64,000 bases of DNA, from assembly GCF_054482595.1 (NCBI RefSeq), contig NZ_CM137008.1, one strand, 5' to 3'. The notes under the pieces were generated by a model. The model saw only the letters and a program-made list of their open reading frames with translations. It had not been told where the DNA came from and did not search any database. The translations under genes were made by a program, and so were the position numbers. Of this stretch, positions 26,202-36,915 are shown piece by piece. Numbering within the stretch: the stretch's first letter is position 1; every line of letters begins with the position of its first letter.

Positions 26202-27251
26202 TCAGTCTGTTAGTGTGCGATTATCGATAACAAAACGATATTTCACATCACCACGCAGCATTCGCTCATAGGCTTCATTAATTTGATCGGCCCGAATCAT
26301 CTCTATATCAGCCACGATGCCATGTTCGGCGCAAAAATCGAGCATCTCCTGAGTTTCTGGAATGCCGCCAATCATAGAACCGGCTATCGCACGGCGTTTC
26401 ATGATCAGGTTGAAAACTTCCGGCGATTTATGCGGTGTCGCAGGCGCACCAACCAGCGTCATGGTGCCATCACGCTTCAGCAAGGTGGTAAAATCGTCGA
26501 GATTATGTGGCGCAGCTACTGTATTCAAAATGAAATCGAAACTCTTCAGATGAGCCGCCATCTCATCGGCATTGCGTGAGTTAACAACTTCATCGGCCCC
26601 CAGGGCTTTTGCCGCTTCGCGTTTTGCCTCAGAAGTGGTAAATGCCACCACATGTGCCCCCATCGCGTGGGCCAGCTTAATCCCCATATGTCCCAGACCG
26701 CCGATGCCGACCACGCCCACTTTTTTACCCGGTCCGGCCTGCCAGTGGCGCAACGGGGAGTAAGTAGTGATCCCCGCGCACAGTAATGGGGCTACCGCTG
26801 CCAGCTGCTCTTGCGGGTGACGAATACGCAGAACATATCGCTCATGAACGACGATCTGTTGTGAGTAGCCGCCCAGCGTATGGCCCGGTTCGTCCGGCGT
26901 CGGCGAGTTATAGGTGCCGGTCATGTGATCACAGTAGTTTTCCAGCCCGTCTTCACACTCTTCGCAATGTTTACAACTGTCGACAATGCAGCCGACACCG
27001 ACCAGATCGCCCGGCGCATATTTTTTTACCTGATCACCAACGGCTACCACACGCCCCACAATTTCATGACCCGGCACGCAGGGATAAACCGTCCCCGCCC
27101 ACTCGGAACGGACCTGGTGGAGATCGGAATGGCAGACGCCACAGTAAGCGATTTCGATTTTGACATCATTCGGTCCCGGTTCACGCCGTGTGATATCCAT
27201 CGGTTCAAGTGGTTGTTTAGCGGAATATGCACCAACAGCTTTGATCTTCAT
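26202..27251 (-). CDS. yahK: Zn-dependent NADPH aldehyde reductase / alcohol dehydrogenase YahK (349 aa)
   Basis: MDR/CAD-family motifs GVCHSDLH, GHEIVG, GIGGLGH. Confidence 0.9.
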   Translation of the reverse strand: MKIKAVGAYSAKQPLEPMDITRREPGPNDVKIEIAYCGVCHSDLHQVRSEWAGTVYPCVPGHEIVGRVVAVGDQVKKYAPGDLVGVGCIVDSCKHCEECEDGLENYCDHMTGTYNSPTPDEPGHTLGGYSQQIVVHERYVLRIRHPQEQLAAVAPLLCAGITTYSPLRHWQAGPGKKVGVVGIGGLGHMGIKLAHAMGAHVVAFTTSEAKREAAKALGADEVVNSRNADEMAAHLKSFDFILNTVAAPHNLDDFTTLLKRDGTMTLVGAPATPHKSPEVFNLIMKRRAIAGSMIGGIPETQEMLDFCAEHGIVADIEMIRADQINEAYERMLRGDVKYRFVIDNRTLTD

Positions 27252-27337
27252 TGTGTTTACTCCTGATTAGCTATGTGTATTTGGCGACGCCTGATATGTC
27301 ATCGCGGCAAAACGCGTCCATTGAATATAGCCAATAT

Positions 27338-28294
27338 TTAAACCACCCGATCCAGCCCCAACATGCCGCGAGCCTGAATGAAACAGAGCAGCAACGTTCC
27401 CCATAAGGCCATCGTCAGGTAGGGGCTTATACCGAGAATATTGAAGCCGCTTTCAATAATTTGCAGAAGAAACAGCGCCAGCACCATACCAATTATCCGC
27501 CCGCTGCCGCCGTCCGGATTAACCCCGCCGAGTACTGCCGCGAGGATTGACACCAGCAAGTACGATTCGCCATAAGAGGCCTTAGCCGAGTTGAGTTTCG
27601 ACATCATCAAAAATGCCGCTACCGCACAAAGCAAGGCGGAAATGACATAAACCCAAATCAGCACCCGACGAGTGTTAATGCCGGAGTAAAGTGTTGCTCG
27701 TTCGTTAGACCCAATCAGGTAAATGGCTTTACCGAGCGGCGTTTTCTCCAGCAATATCCACAGCCCCAGTGCCACTGCGGCAAACAACCACATCGGTAGC
27801 GGAATACCGAACCATTGCGCATGATTCAACCACAGCACCCATGAGGGATAATTGGCAATGGCGCTACCACCTGTCACCAGAATATTTATCCCTTTGAGCA
27901 ACGTCATCATCCCAAGCGTTGCAAGAATTGGCGACACTCGAATACCAGCAATCAATACGCCGTTACATAAACCGATTATCACCGCCGCGCCAGCGCCCGC
28001 CAGTAACGTAGCGACAACCGTAGCAATACCCGGTGGATACTGAGTCGCCACCCACGCCATCACCAGTGAACAGGCGTTAGCAGTGGCTATAATTGACAAG
28101 TTAATGCCACCGCAAAGCATGGTCACCGCCATAGCCAACGCCAGAATGCCCAGCACGGGCATTTGCGAAGCGACGGACTGGAAATTACTTATCGACCAGA
28201 AAATCTCCGGCATAGTAATGCTGAACGCGGCAACAGTTAGCACCAGCAGGCCGATCAAGTAAAACTCAACGTTATTACGCCACGATTTTTTCAT
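27338..28294 (-). CDS. ABC transporter permease (CUT2/ribose-type)
   Basis: Polytopic membrane protein; start overlaps upstream stop in an ATGA arrangement. Confidence 0.8.
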   Translation of the reverse strand: MKKSWRNNVEFYLIGLLVLTVAAFSITMPEIFWSISNFQSVASQMPVLGILALAMAVTMLCGGINLSIIATANACSLVMAWVATQYPPGIATVVATLLAGAGAAVIIGLCNGVLIAGIRVSPILATLGMMTLLKGINILVTGGSAIANYPSWVLWLNHAQWFGIPLPMWLFAAVALGLWILLEKTPLGKAIYLIGSNERATLYSGINTRRVLIWVYVISALLCAVAAFLMMSKLNSAKASYGESYLLVSILAAVLGGVNPDGGSGRIIGMVLALFLLQIIESGFNILGISPYLTMALWGTLLLCFIQARGMLGLDRVV

Positions 28295-29262
28295 AGCAGA
28301 CTCCGGTTCTGATGCTGACTCCACGCCGTGGCACTAATGCTGGCAACGATGATGATGCCGGTGATCAATGTTTGCCAGTAAGACGAGACTCCCAATAAAT
28401 TTAGCCCGTTTTGCATCACTGCCAACAACACCACGCCGAGCAAAGTACCGGTTAACGTGCCGCGCCCGCCGAGCAAACTAGTGCCGCCAAGCACCACCGC
28501 AGCCAGTACTGTCAGCTCATAACCCAGAAGAGAATCGGGGGCGACAGTCATCACCGTCCACGACTGCACTACACCCGCAGCGCCAGACATCAATCCCATA
28601 TAGCCATAGACGAAAAGTTGCAGTTTCAGCACGCTAAAGCCGATGCGACTGGCTGATTCGCGGTTCCCGCCAAGGGCATAAATTTTGCGCCCTACACTGG
28701 TGAAATTCATGATAAACGCTGTTAGCAGCACCACCGTAATCATGGCGATCAGCGGCAGACCAAGGCCATAGTCATAGCCATCAGCATCGGTGTACTTGAA
28801 CAACATAACCCCCTGCTCAAACCACGGCGGAAAGTCGTACAGCCACACACCTTTACTCAACCATAACAGCAGGCCATAGAAAATATTCAGCGTCGAGATA
28901 GTGATGATGATAGAAGGCACCCGTAGGCGATTAACCAGTAAGGCGTTAATTAAGCCAAGTAAAATGCCGATGCAGCCCGCCAGTGCAAACGCGACAGCGA
29001 AGTTGCCACCAATTTTTTGCAGCAACAGCACCATGCCGTATTGCGCCATGATGGTCATTGCTGGAAACGAAATATCAATTCCACCGGAAATCAACACCAC
29101 AAACAAACCACAGGCGAGAATAGTCAACATGGCATAGTTATTGGCGAGATCGTACAAATTACCGAATGTCAGAAACTCGTCGCTGCGCCAGGCAAGGCCA
29201 ACAAACAGCACCACAATCAGTAATGCCAGCCAGAATTCATGGCGTTTTTTCAGTTCAGCCAT
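28291..29262 (-). CDS. ABC transporter permease (CUT2/ribose-type)
   Basis: 323-aa polytopic membrane protein, overlaps ATPase gene stop. Confidence 0.8.
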   Translation of the reverse strand: MAELKKRHEFWLALLIVVLFVGLAWRSDEFLTFGNLYDLANNYAMLTILACGLFVVLISGGIDISFPAMTIMAQYGMVLLLQKIGGNFAVAFALAGCIGILLGLINALLVNRLRVPSIIITISTLNIFYGLLLWLSKGVWLYDFPPWFEQGVMLFKYTDADGYDYGLGLPLIAMITVVLLTAFIMNFTSVGRKIYALGGNRESASRIGFSVLKLQLFVYGYMGLMSGAAGVVQSWTVMTVAPDSLLGYELTVLAAVVLGGTSLLGGRGTLTGTLLGVVLLAVMQNGLNLLGVSSYWQTLITGIIIVASISATAWSQHQNRSLL

Positions 29263-30739
29263 TTACCACCTCCGCAATCCTGGCCTGAGAACTGCTGTCA
29301 GGCAGGAAGCTATGGGTGATCTGTCCTTTTTGCATTACCAAAATCCGGTGGCTTTGATACCACGCTTCTTCAATTTCATCGCAGATCATCAATACCGCAA
29401 TGCCATGAGCCGCCAGATCGCTGATAATGCCGTATATTCCTGCTTTGTTGGCGATATCAACACCGACTGTCGGGCTATCGAGAATCAACAGTCGTGGCCC
29501 AATCGCCAGCCATTTGGCGATCGATACTCGCTGCGCGTTACCACCAGAAAGCGTATTCACCGGGAGATGAGGATCAGAGACTTTGATGGTCAATGCCTTG
29601 ATTAGCCTGTCCACCAGGTCACGCACTTTAGTTTCACTCAGAAAGCCGAAGCGATCTTTTACCTTGTGAAAAACAGTGCTAATGATGTTGTCTTCAATAG
29701 ATTGCGCCATCACCAAACCGCGCGACATGCGATCTTCCGAAACATAACCAATACCGTGGCGGATGGCGTCCTGGTTACTATGCAGTGTAACCAGCTGGCC
29801 GTTGATGAGGATCTCGCCAGAATCCGGTCGGGTCATACCAAACAGACTCAGACATAATTCCGTGCGCCCCGCACCAAGCAGGCCAACAATCGATACCACT
29901 TCGCCCGCTTCCACCCGCAAGTTAATATTTAGATATTCCCCATGACGACTTAAATTACGCACCTCCAGCACCGGGGTGCTGGATTTTCCCTGCCACAACT
30001 CTCGCACCTGATATTCAAACTCCTGGCCGGTCATCAGGAAACCGAGTTGTTTTGTGGTCATCTCTGCAGCCGGAAAAGTCCCGACCAGCTCACCATCTTT
30101 CAGCACTGAAATACGGTCGGAAACTTCCATCACTTCTTCCAGACGATGACTGACGAAGACCACGCAGATCCCGCGTTCCCGCAATTGATGCACCACCTGT
30201 AATAACCCTTGCACTTCCTGATGGGTCAGCGAAGCGGTTGGTTCATCCATCACGATCAACCGTGCGTCCTGCGCCAGTGCACGGCAAATTGCCACCAGCT
30301 GACAGCGGGCAATTGAAAGCTCAGAAACGAGCGTATCCAGTGGCAATGTGACGTTAATACTGGTCATTGCCGCCTGCGCCACCTCACGCAGACGACGTCG
30401 GTTAACAAACAGACCGTGGTGATAGTGATTCACGGCGATATTCTCCCAGACACTCAGGTTAGGAAATAAAGAGAGGTCCTGATAAATCACCTGAATCCCC
30501 TGCGCCACCGAAGCGGCGGGTGTCAGCTTTGACCATTTTTTCCCACCAAGCGTAATTTCCGCTCCCTCATCCGGGCGATAAACACCGGACATAATTTTGA
30601 TCAACGTCGATTTACCACAGCCGTTTTGCCCGGCAAGGCAGTGCACTTCACCCGACATAAAGTCGAGAGAAACATCGCGCAGCGCTCGCGTGGCATGAAA
30701 CGTTTTGTTGATATGACGAAGGGAAAGGAAGGTTTCCAT
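29255..30739 (-). CDS. Sugar ABC transporter ATP-binding protein with duplicated ABC domains
   Basis: Two Walker A motifs (GQNGCGKST and a second degenerate domain), LSGG signatures; about 495 aa typical of RbsA/LsrA-type ATPases. Confidence 0.85.
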   Translation of the reverse strand: METFLSLRHINKTFHATRALRDVSLDFMSGEVHCLAGQNGCGKSTLIKIMSGVYRPDEGAEITLGGKKWSKLTPAASVAQGIQVIYQDLSLFPNLSVWENIAVNHYHHGLFVNRRRLREVAQAAMTSINVTLPLDTLVSELSIARCQLVAICRALAQDARLIVMDEPTASLTHQEVQGLLQVVHQLRERGICVVFVSHRLEEVMEVSDRISVLKDGELVGTFPAAEMTTKQLGFLMTGQEFEYQVRELWQGKSSTPVLEVRNLSRHGEYLNINLRVEAGEVVSIVGLLGAGRTELCLSLFGMTRPDSGEILINGQLVTLHSNQDAIRHGIGYVSEDRMSRGLVMAQSIEDNIISTVFHKVKDRFGFLSETKVRDLVDRLIKALTIKVSDPHLPVNTLSGGNAQRVSIAKWLAIGPRLLILDSPTVGVDIANKAGIYGIISDLAAHGIAVLMICDEIEEAWYQSHRILVMQKGQITHSFLPDSSSQARIAEVVNG

Positions 30740-30787
30740 AACATCCCCTGGCAATAAGAATCGGGGCTTTCGCCCCGAAGAAATGGA

Positions 30788-31774
30788 TTAATAAAGTGAG
30801 TCGATATTGTCTTTGTTGACCAGTAATACCTTATGGAAACGGATAATTCGCTTATCCATATCTACGTCGGCCTTACCCAGATTCTGCATTTCTAATCCAG
30901 GTTTGATCTCTTCACCCTTCAGCAACGTGCTGGCGACGGCTGCGAGTGCGTAACCTGCAGAGGCCGGATCGTAAGTAATCCCTTCGGTGATATCACCACT
31001 TTTAATCAGTGATGCCGCCTGTGAAGGGATCATCATGCCATAGACTGCGACTTTATTTTTCGCCCGTTTCTCTTTCACCGCACGTCCCGCGCCAATCGGA
31101 CCGTTTGAACCAAAGGAGACAACCGCTTTTAAGTCAGGATAGGTTTTCATCAGGTCCAGTGTGGTACGACGTGAGTCATCCACACTCTCGGCAACCGGCA
31201 TGCGGCGGGTAACTTCATGCATATCCGGGTAATGCTCTTTCTGGTATTTCACCAGCAAGTCAGCCCATAAGTTATGCTGCGGCACGGTCAAACTACCCAC
31301 GTAAATCACATAGCCGCCCTTGCCCCCCATGCGTTTCGCCATATGCTCAACATATTCAGCGGCAAATTTTTCGTTATCAATGATTTCGATATCCCAGTTA
31401 GCACTTGGCTGACCGGGGGATTCGTTGGTCAGAACCACAATTCCGGCATCTCGCGCTTTTTTGAATACCGGTTCCAGCACGTTGGCATCGTTTGGCACGA
31501 TAGTAATTGCATTAACCTTACGGGCGATTAAATCCTCAATAATTTTAACCTGTTGCGGAGCATCAGTACTTGAAGGCCCCACCTGTGACGCATTAACACC
31601 AAAGGCTTTACCCGCCTCAACCACACCTTCGCCCATGCGATTAAACCACGGCATACCATCGACTTTAGAAATATTCACCACGACTTTTTCCGCTGCCTGG
31701 AGCGGCGCAGAAATTAGCGCAGCGCCTAATAACAGCGAAGACACCATATTGATAACAAAACGTTTATTCATCAT
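30788..31774 (-). CDS. Periplasmic sugar-binding protein, LsrB/RbsB-like
   Basis: Signal peptide MMNKRFVINMVSSLLLGAALISAPLQA; C-terminus RIIRFHKVLLVNKDNIDSLY resembles LsrB ...VIFNKDNIDKYDF (recalled from memory). Confidence 0.8.
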   Translation of the reverse strand: MMNKRFVINMVSSLLLGAALISAPLQAAEKVVVNISKVDGMPWFNRMGEGVVEAGKAFGVNASQVGPSSTDAPQQVKIIEDLIARKVNAITIVPNDANVLEPVFKKARDAGIVVLTNESPGQPSANWDIEIIDNEKFAAEYVEHMAKRMGGKGGYVIYVGSLTVPQHNLWADLLVKYQKEHYPDMHEVTRRMPVAESVDDSRRTTLDLMKTYPDLKAVVSFGSNGPIGAGRAVKEKRAKNKVAVYGMMIPSQAASLIKSGDITEGITYDPASAGYALAAVASTLLKGEEIKPGLEMQNLGKADVDMDKRIIRFHKVLLVNKDNIDSLY

Positions 31775-32024
31775 TTCAGCCTCATTGCAGGGTAGTCAGG
31801 AAGTGTTCGCCCAAATTAGCGCGCTGGAGAGAATAAGAATTTTCGAATATTTTTATGCAGAATAAACAGCCCTATTTCAGGCAGCTATTAAAAATATGGT
31901 TATAAATATGGACAAAACGGGCAGCAACAATAAGTGTGACATTCATCACGTTAAAAATAGCAAAATAAACAAAATTAGCGATATTTTATGTGTGTGAGTT
32001 TATTTCGCGTATATAAATAGTTAT

Positions 32025-32435
32025 CTACACAACGTCAATAAGGGCATATTCTTCAAAGATAACGTCCATTTCTGGTGAATAGCTTCCTTCTGCCTGGAAA
32101 AAACGACGGTGTTCATTACGCCAATATTCAAGACTGAGGTCACCTTCACCTTCCTTACGGGCAAGCTCCGCGGTGACATCAGAAAAGCGCAGTAAATGCA
32201 GGCCAATCACTCTGATAACACATACAGGCTCACCACGGCTATTTTCTACAATCTTATACTCACCAATCATCGGAAATGAGTTGTCTTCAATACATCCTGC
32301 CAGCGAACCACAGGAAGCTGTTTTAACACCAGTCGCAATCAACGTTGCGAGGTGATCGGCCAACGCTGCAGAATCGCCAAAAGTACAAAAGGAAGCATGG
32401 GGATATTTTTGTAAGATTTTTTCTTTTATGGTCAT
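32025..32435 (-). CDS. ASCH-domain protein
   Basis: 136-aa protein with a beta-barrel ASCH-like core; start set at MTIKEKILQKYP. Confidence 0.55.
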   Translation of the reverse strand: MTIKEKILQKYPHASFCTFGDSAALADHLATLIATGVKTASCGSLAGCIEDNSFPMIGEYKIVENSRGEPVCVIRVIGLHLLRFSDVTAELARKEGEGDLSLEYWRNEHRRFFQAEGSYSPEMDVIFEEYALIDVV

Positions 32436-32733
32436 GAGAATATTTTCGCGATTACGGAAAAACAAATCACATCTTAATTACTGTTGGTAACCATCAGCAA
32501 GAGTATCATTGGTTTTTCGATACTGAATCTTTTTTATCCGAAGCAGGTCACATTTATGGCCTGATAAATACCTTTGTTAAAACTCACTTTTGTGTATTTC
32601 TCTCAAATAATCCCCTGGAAATTATGCCGGGAGATTATAAAGTTCAGGATCATTCATTAGCAAACCATTCCCGCCCCACTCCCTGGGGCTTAAATCTCTT
32701 ACTATTCACCGTTGCAGGCGTTTCAAATGCGCA

Positions 32734-34116
32734 TCAACCTGCCACACTCCCCCACACCAGTTGCCCTTTATGGAACGTTGCGGTTCTCGGCGAGATACGC
32801 GCCACCGCCTCGGCGGAACAGGAGGCGTCCACCAGCACAAAGCTGGCGTCATCCTGCGCTTTTGGCCATACACGCTCGCCTTTTTCATTCAGCGGCAATA
32901 CATCGCCAGTGGCTAGAAACAGCGAACGGGAGAGGTTCTGTTCGTTAGGACGAATATAGAGCTGCGCGTAGAGATTGGCTTTTTCCAGCATGTCGCCCAG
33001 ACCATAAGGCGACCAGTGGTCGATAACGCTGTCAGTGCCAGTCATCACTTTTACGCCTTTGTCGTGTAACTGTTTGAGCGGCATATGCAGCGTACCAATC
33101 GGCACCGTCGAGGCGATAGAAATTTGCTGCACCACCATCCGGTTAGCCAGTTCATCTACCTGTTGCTCGTTGAGTGTTGCCAGCGCAAAGGCGTGACTGA
33201 TGGTCAGCTTGCCCTTCAGCTGTGGCGTTTTCTCTACCGTTTCAACCATATAATTGATGGCTGCCACGCCCGACGGAGTGGTTTCGTGCAGGTGAATATC
33301 GACGCCTTTGTCGTAGTCCAGCGCAATCTGGAACATGGTATCGAGGGATTTTTCCATCGCGCCATCGACACTGGTCGGGTCCAGCCCGCCGACGTAATGC
33401 GCCCCCGCCTGCATCGCTTCGCGCATTAAGGGTTCCGATTTCGACAGCAGCAAACCGTGCTGCGGGAAGGCGACGATTTCACACTCGAAGCCCGCCTGAC
33501 GTCGCGCCAGCACCGCCTGCAAATTTTGCAGATTTTTCAGGCCGGAAACCGGTTCGATATTGCAGTGGCTGCGGGCAATGGTGGTGCCTTTCGACTGCAA
33601 TAAATCAATCAGTTTTTCTGCCCGCTCCTGAGTGTACGGTTGCAGCTCCGGCAGCATTTTCTGCTCGAGTTTGATCATGTCCTGGATGGTGGTGCCTGCC
33701 GGGCGATTGAGCGAGCGCCACGGCCCGCCGTAAAAGGTTTTGTCGAGATGAATATGCATGTCGCGGGTGGTGGGCAGCATCAGCTTATCGCCAGCGTCAT
33801 AGTGCGGCAGCGTGGCATCCGGGTGCTGCTTATTCTCGCGCAGCGCGACAATTTTGCCGTTCTGAATCTCCACGGTCTGGCGCGCCGTGCGGGTCTGCAC
33901 CGCCACGCCATTTTCGTAGTCAAATCCAGTTTCCAGCAGCACGTTGTCGAGATAGTAATGCGGGTCAGTGATTTTCATGGTGTTGTTCGCTTCGCAGTTT
34001 GTGGTGCCAGAGACCGCCGCATGGGCGAGCGGCACAGAGGTACCAAACAGCGCGGCGGCGGTGACCATCTTACCGCTCTGGCTCAGAAATTCACGGCGGC
34101 TATTGCTTTCTTTCAT
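32734..34116 (-). CDS. yahJ: Tat-exported amidohydrolase-family deaminase YahJ (460 aa)
   Basis: Twin-arginine signal SRREFLSQSGKMVTAAALFG; metal-dependent amidohydrolase motifs (HIHLD, DIHLHE). Confidence 0.85.
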   Translation of the reverse strand: MKESNSRREFLSQSGKMVTAAALFGTSVPLAHAAVSGTTNCEANNTMKITDPHYYLDNVLLETGFDYENGVAVQTRTARQTVEIQNGKIVALRENKQHPDATLPHYDAGDKLMLPTTRDMHIHLDKTFYGGPWRSLNRPAGTTIQDMIKLEQKMLPELQPYTQERAEKLIDLLQSKGTTIARSHCNIEPVSGLKNLQNLQAVLARRQAGFECEIVAFPQHGLLLSKSEPLMREAMQAGAHYVGGLDPTSVDGAMEKSLDTMFQIALDYDKGVDIHLHETTPSGVAAINYMVETVEKTPQLKGKLTISHAFALATLNEQQVDELANRMVVQQISIASTVPIGTLHMPLKQLHDKGVKVMTGTDSVIDHWSPYGLGDMLEKANLYAQLYIRPNEQNLSRSLFLATGDVLPLNEKGERVWPKAQDDASFVLVDASCSAEAVARISPRTATFHKGQLVWGSVAG

Positions 34117-34125
34117 CTTACGTCC

Positions 34126-35076
34126 TTACGTTTTAATAATATGGGTGCCCGTTTCACCGCGCAGCGCCGCAGGCAGGCATTCCGGCGTGGTGATAATCAC
34201 TTCTTTGCCGCCCTGTTCCAGGAACGTCAGGCTGGCGATGATTTTTGGCAACATGCTGCCAGGCGGAAAATGCCCTTCCTGCATATAGCGGGTCATGGTG
34301 GCAATATCCACGCGATCCAGCGCCTGCTGCTGCGGTTTACCAAAATGAATACACACTTTTTCCACGCCGGTGGTGATCACCAGAATGTCGGCGTGAATTT
34401 CACGGGCCAGCAGCGCGGTAGAGAGATCTTTGTCGATAACCGCGTCCACGCTTTGGTAATCTCCCGCGTCAGTACGCACCACAGGAATTCCGCCGCCGCC
34501 CGCGCCAATCACCACAAAGCCTTGTTGGATCAGCGCCTTAATGGCAGGTGCTTCGACAATACGTTTCGGTTCCGGCGAGGCGACCACGCGGCGATAGCCC
34601 CGTCCGGCATCTTCAACAAAACGCCAGTCAGGGTTTGCCTTTTGTAGTTCGTCACGCTGGCTGTCACTAAAGAATGCGCCGATGGGCTTGGTGGGATGGG
34701 CAAATCCCGGATCGTTTTTATCCACTTCCACCTGAGTCACCACGGTGACGGCTTTTTTCTCGCCGTGACGCGCCAGCCGGTTGTTCAGCGCCTGTTGGAT
34801 CAGATAGCCGATGCCGCCTTGCGTATCCGCCACACAGTTCGCCAGGGGCGTTAAGGGCAGCCCTTCGCGCTCGTGGGCAATCTCCGCGCGGCGTAAATCC
34901 AGCCCGACCTGCGGCCCGTTGCCGTGGGTCAGCACAATGTCGTAATCGGAAGCCAGCATTTCCAGCACCGTATCAGCGACGGCTTTCACCGCCTCCGCCT
35001 GATGCTCAATCGACTGGCTGGCGTTATCTTTGATAATGCTGTTGCCACCAATGGCAACGACCACAAGTTCTTTCAT
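34126..35076 (-). CDS. yahI: Carbamate kinase-like protein YahI (316 aa)
   Basis: Amino-acid kinase fold, VVAIGGNSI, THGNGPQVG motifs of carbamate kinases. Confidence 0.88.
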   Translation of the reverse strand: MKELVVVAIGGNSIIKDNASQSIEHQAEAVKAVADTVLEMLASDYDIVLTHGNGPQVGLDLRRAEIAHEREGLPLTPLANCVADTQGGIGYLIQQALNNRLARHGEKKAVTVVTQVEVDKNDPGFAHPTKPIGAFFSDSQRDELQKANPDWRFVEDAGRGYRRVVASPEPKRIVEAPAIKALIQQGFVVIGAGGGGIPVVRTDAGDYQSVDAVIDKDLSTALLAREIHADILVITTGVEKVCIHFGKPQQQALDRVDIATMTRYMQEGHFPPGSMLPKIIASLTFLEQGGKEVIITTPECLPAALRGETGTHIIKT

Positions 35077-35126
35077 CTTGTTATGTCCGCTACAGAGGGT
35101 GATGGGGTTATGACCAACGCCAGACT

Positions 35127-35484
35127 GCCTGATGCGCTACGCTTATCAGGCCTACAATTCTCGTGCCACTCGTAGGCCGGATAAGGCGTTCACGCCACAT
35201 CCGGCAATGGTGACAAATGCCTGATGCGCTACGCTTATCAGGCCTACAATTCTTGCGCCATTCGTAGGCCGGATAAGGCGTTCACGCCGCATCCGGCAAT
35301 GGTGACAAATGCCTGATGCGCTACGCTTATCAGGCCTACAAATTCTTGCGCCACTTGTAGGCCGGATAAGGCGTTCACGCCGCATCCGGCAATGGTGACA
35401 AATGCCTGATGCGCTACGCTTATCAGGCCTACAGATTCTTGCGCCACTTGTAGGCCGGATAAGGCGTTCACGCCGCATCCGGCA
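35127..35484. repeat. BIME / REP array, about 4 tandem units of about 94 bp
   Basis: gcctgatgcgctacgcttatcaggcctaca ... gccggataaggcgttcacgccgcatccggc repeated at about 35127, 35218, 35312, 35406. Confidence 0.9.
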
Positions 35485-35496
35485 TGAACATGTAGG

Positions 35497-36915
35497 TCAG
35501 ACGCCGTAACGTTCGCACCAGCCAAGAATGGCTTTCTCGAAGCAGGCGAATGGCGGATGCACAATGCCCGCGCCAATCATGCCGACGCCCGCATCTTTAT
35601 GGGCGATGGCGGTGTTGATCACCGGCAGAATGCCGCTGCTACCCACGCGGGTGATGTCGATTGCCGACGGCACGCCCATAAAACCGAGCAGCGGAATGGT
35701 GACGTTGGGGTTTTCGCCAAGGGTGATTTCGCGCATCTGACGGGAGAAATCGATAGCCTCTTCCACCGTGCCGCCCACCAGCGCAACGATTGCAGGCGCG
35801 GTCGCCATGGCAAATCCGCCAATACCGTAGGTTTCGGTGATGGCGCTGTCGCCGATATCCAGCCCCGAATCTTCCGGCTTATAACCAGCAAACATCGGGC
35901 CGATGACCTGCTGCGCTGGGCCGGTAAACCACTGCCCCGGCAGGCCGCTGACCCGCAGGCCGAACTCGACGCCGTTACGCGCCATGGTGGTAACGACGGT
36001 GCTGTATTCGATGCCGTGCGCCGCATCCATCGCCGCTTTACACATCGCCATCCACGTCGGGCCGGAGAAGTAATCGCTACTGGCAACAAACTCAAACACT
36101 TCGCGCTGTTGCGCGACGGAATAGCCCGCCTGGATAATCCCCGGCGTCAGCGCCTGAATCAGCAGCGTCGTCCCGGCGTTATTGCGGTTATGGCACTCAT
36201 CGCCCATATGCAGCGCCTGCGCCAGCATTAAGCGCAGATCGATTTCGCCGATAATTTTCATCGCGTCGCGCAGTATTGGTCCCTGCACATCACGCATCCA
36301 GTTCAGGCGGTCAATCACGCTCTGGTCGTTAGCGCCCATACGCAAAATCTTCGCCATCTGCTCGCTCATGTTGGTATAAGCGATGTTGCCGTAGGTTTTG
36401 TTTTTTACGATGTGCATAAACATCGAGGCCGAGGTAACACCCGCCATCGATCCCACGCAGTCGTGCTCGTGACACGGCGAGAAGGTGATCTCCCCGGAAG
36501 CCGCCAGTTCAGCCGCCTCGTCGAGATCTTTCGCCAGTCCTTCGAACACCAGCGCTCCGGTGACCGCGCCTTTCATCGCGCCGCACATTTTTTCCCAGGT
36601 GATCGGCGGCCCGGCGTGAAGAATGGTTTTCGGCGTCATGCCCGGCACCACGTTAATCGCCTGCTCAAAACCAATCAGCACCGGATGCGACTGGATAATG
36701 CGCTCCAGCGCCTGCTGGTTAGCGGCGGCGATTTTGTCTGCCAGCGGCGAATCGGCAATGTTGTCCAGCGCCTGCACCACCTGCATATTGCCCTGCCCCG
36801 GCGGCGTCCAGTCGAGTTGAGTCACTTCTACATGCTGCTTTTTCAGGTCATCGCTAAACATGGCGATGCCGACGTTAATAACGTTCAATGGTTGGCTAAA
36901 CAGTGACTGGCTCAT
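35497..36915 (-). CDS. yahG: DUF1116-family protein YahG (YlbE paralog)
   Basis: 472 aa; start overlaps yahF stop (ATGA). Confidence 0.8.
   Translation of the reverse strand: MSQSLFSQPLNVINVGIAMFSDDLKKQHVEVTQLDWTPPGQGNMQVVQALDNIADSPLADKIAAANQQALERIIQSHPVLIGFEQAINVVPGMTPKTILHAGPPITWEKMCGAMKGAVTGALVFEGLAKDLDEAAELAASGEITFSPCHEHDCVGSMAGVTSASMFMHIVKNKTYGNIAYTNMSEQMAKILRMGANDQSVIDRLNWMRDVQGPILRDAMKIIGEIDLRLMLAQALHMGDECHNRNNAGTTLLIQALTPGIIQAGYSVAQQREVFEFVASSDYFSGPTWMAMCKAAMDAAHGIEYSTVVTTMARNGVEFGLRVSGLPGQWFTGPAQQVIGPMFAGYKPEDSGLDIGDSAITETYGIGGFAMATAPAIVALVGGTVEEAIDFSRQMREITLGENPNVTIPLLGFMGVPSAIDITRVGSSGILPVINTAIAHKDAGVGMIGAGIVHPPFACFEKAILGWCERYGV

Noticed and set aside
33640-34647. 335-aa plus-strand ORF
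   Set aside because: Antisense to yahJ/yahI with no recognisable motifs; an antisense artefact.
35152-35576. 108- and 110-aa minus-strand ORFs with repeated peptide segments
   Set aside because: They lie inside the yahI-yahG BIME array; the internally repeated peptide reflects the DNA repeat.
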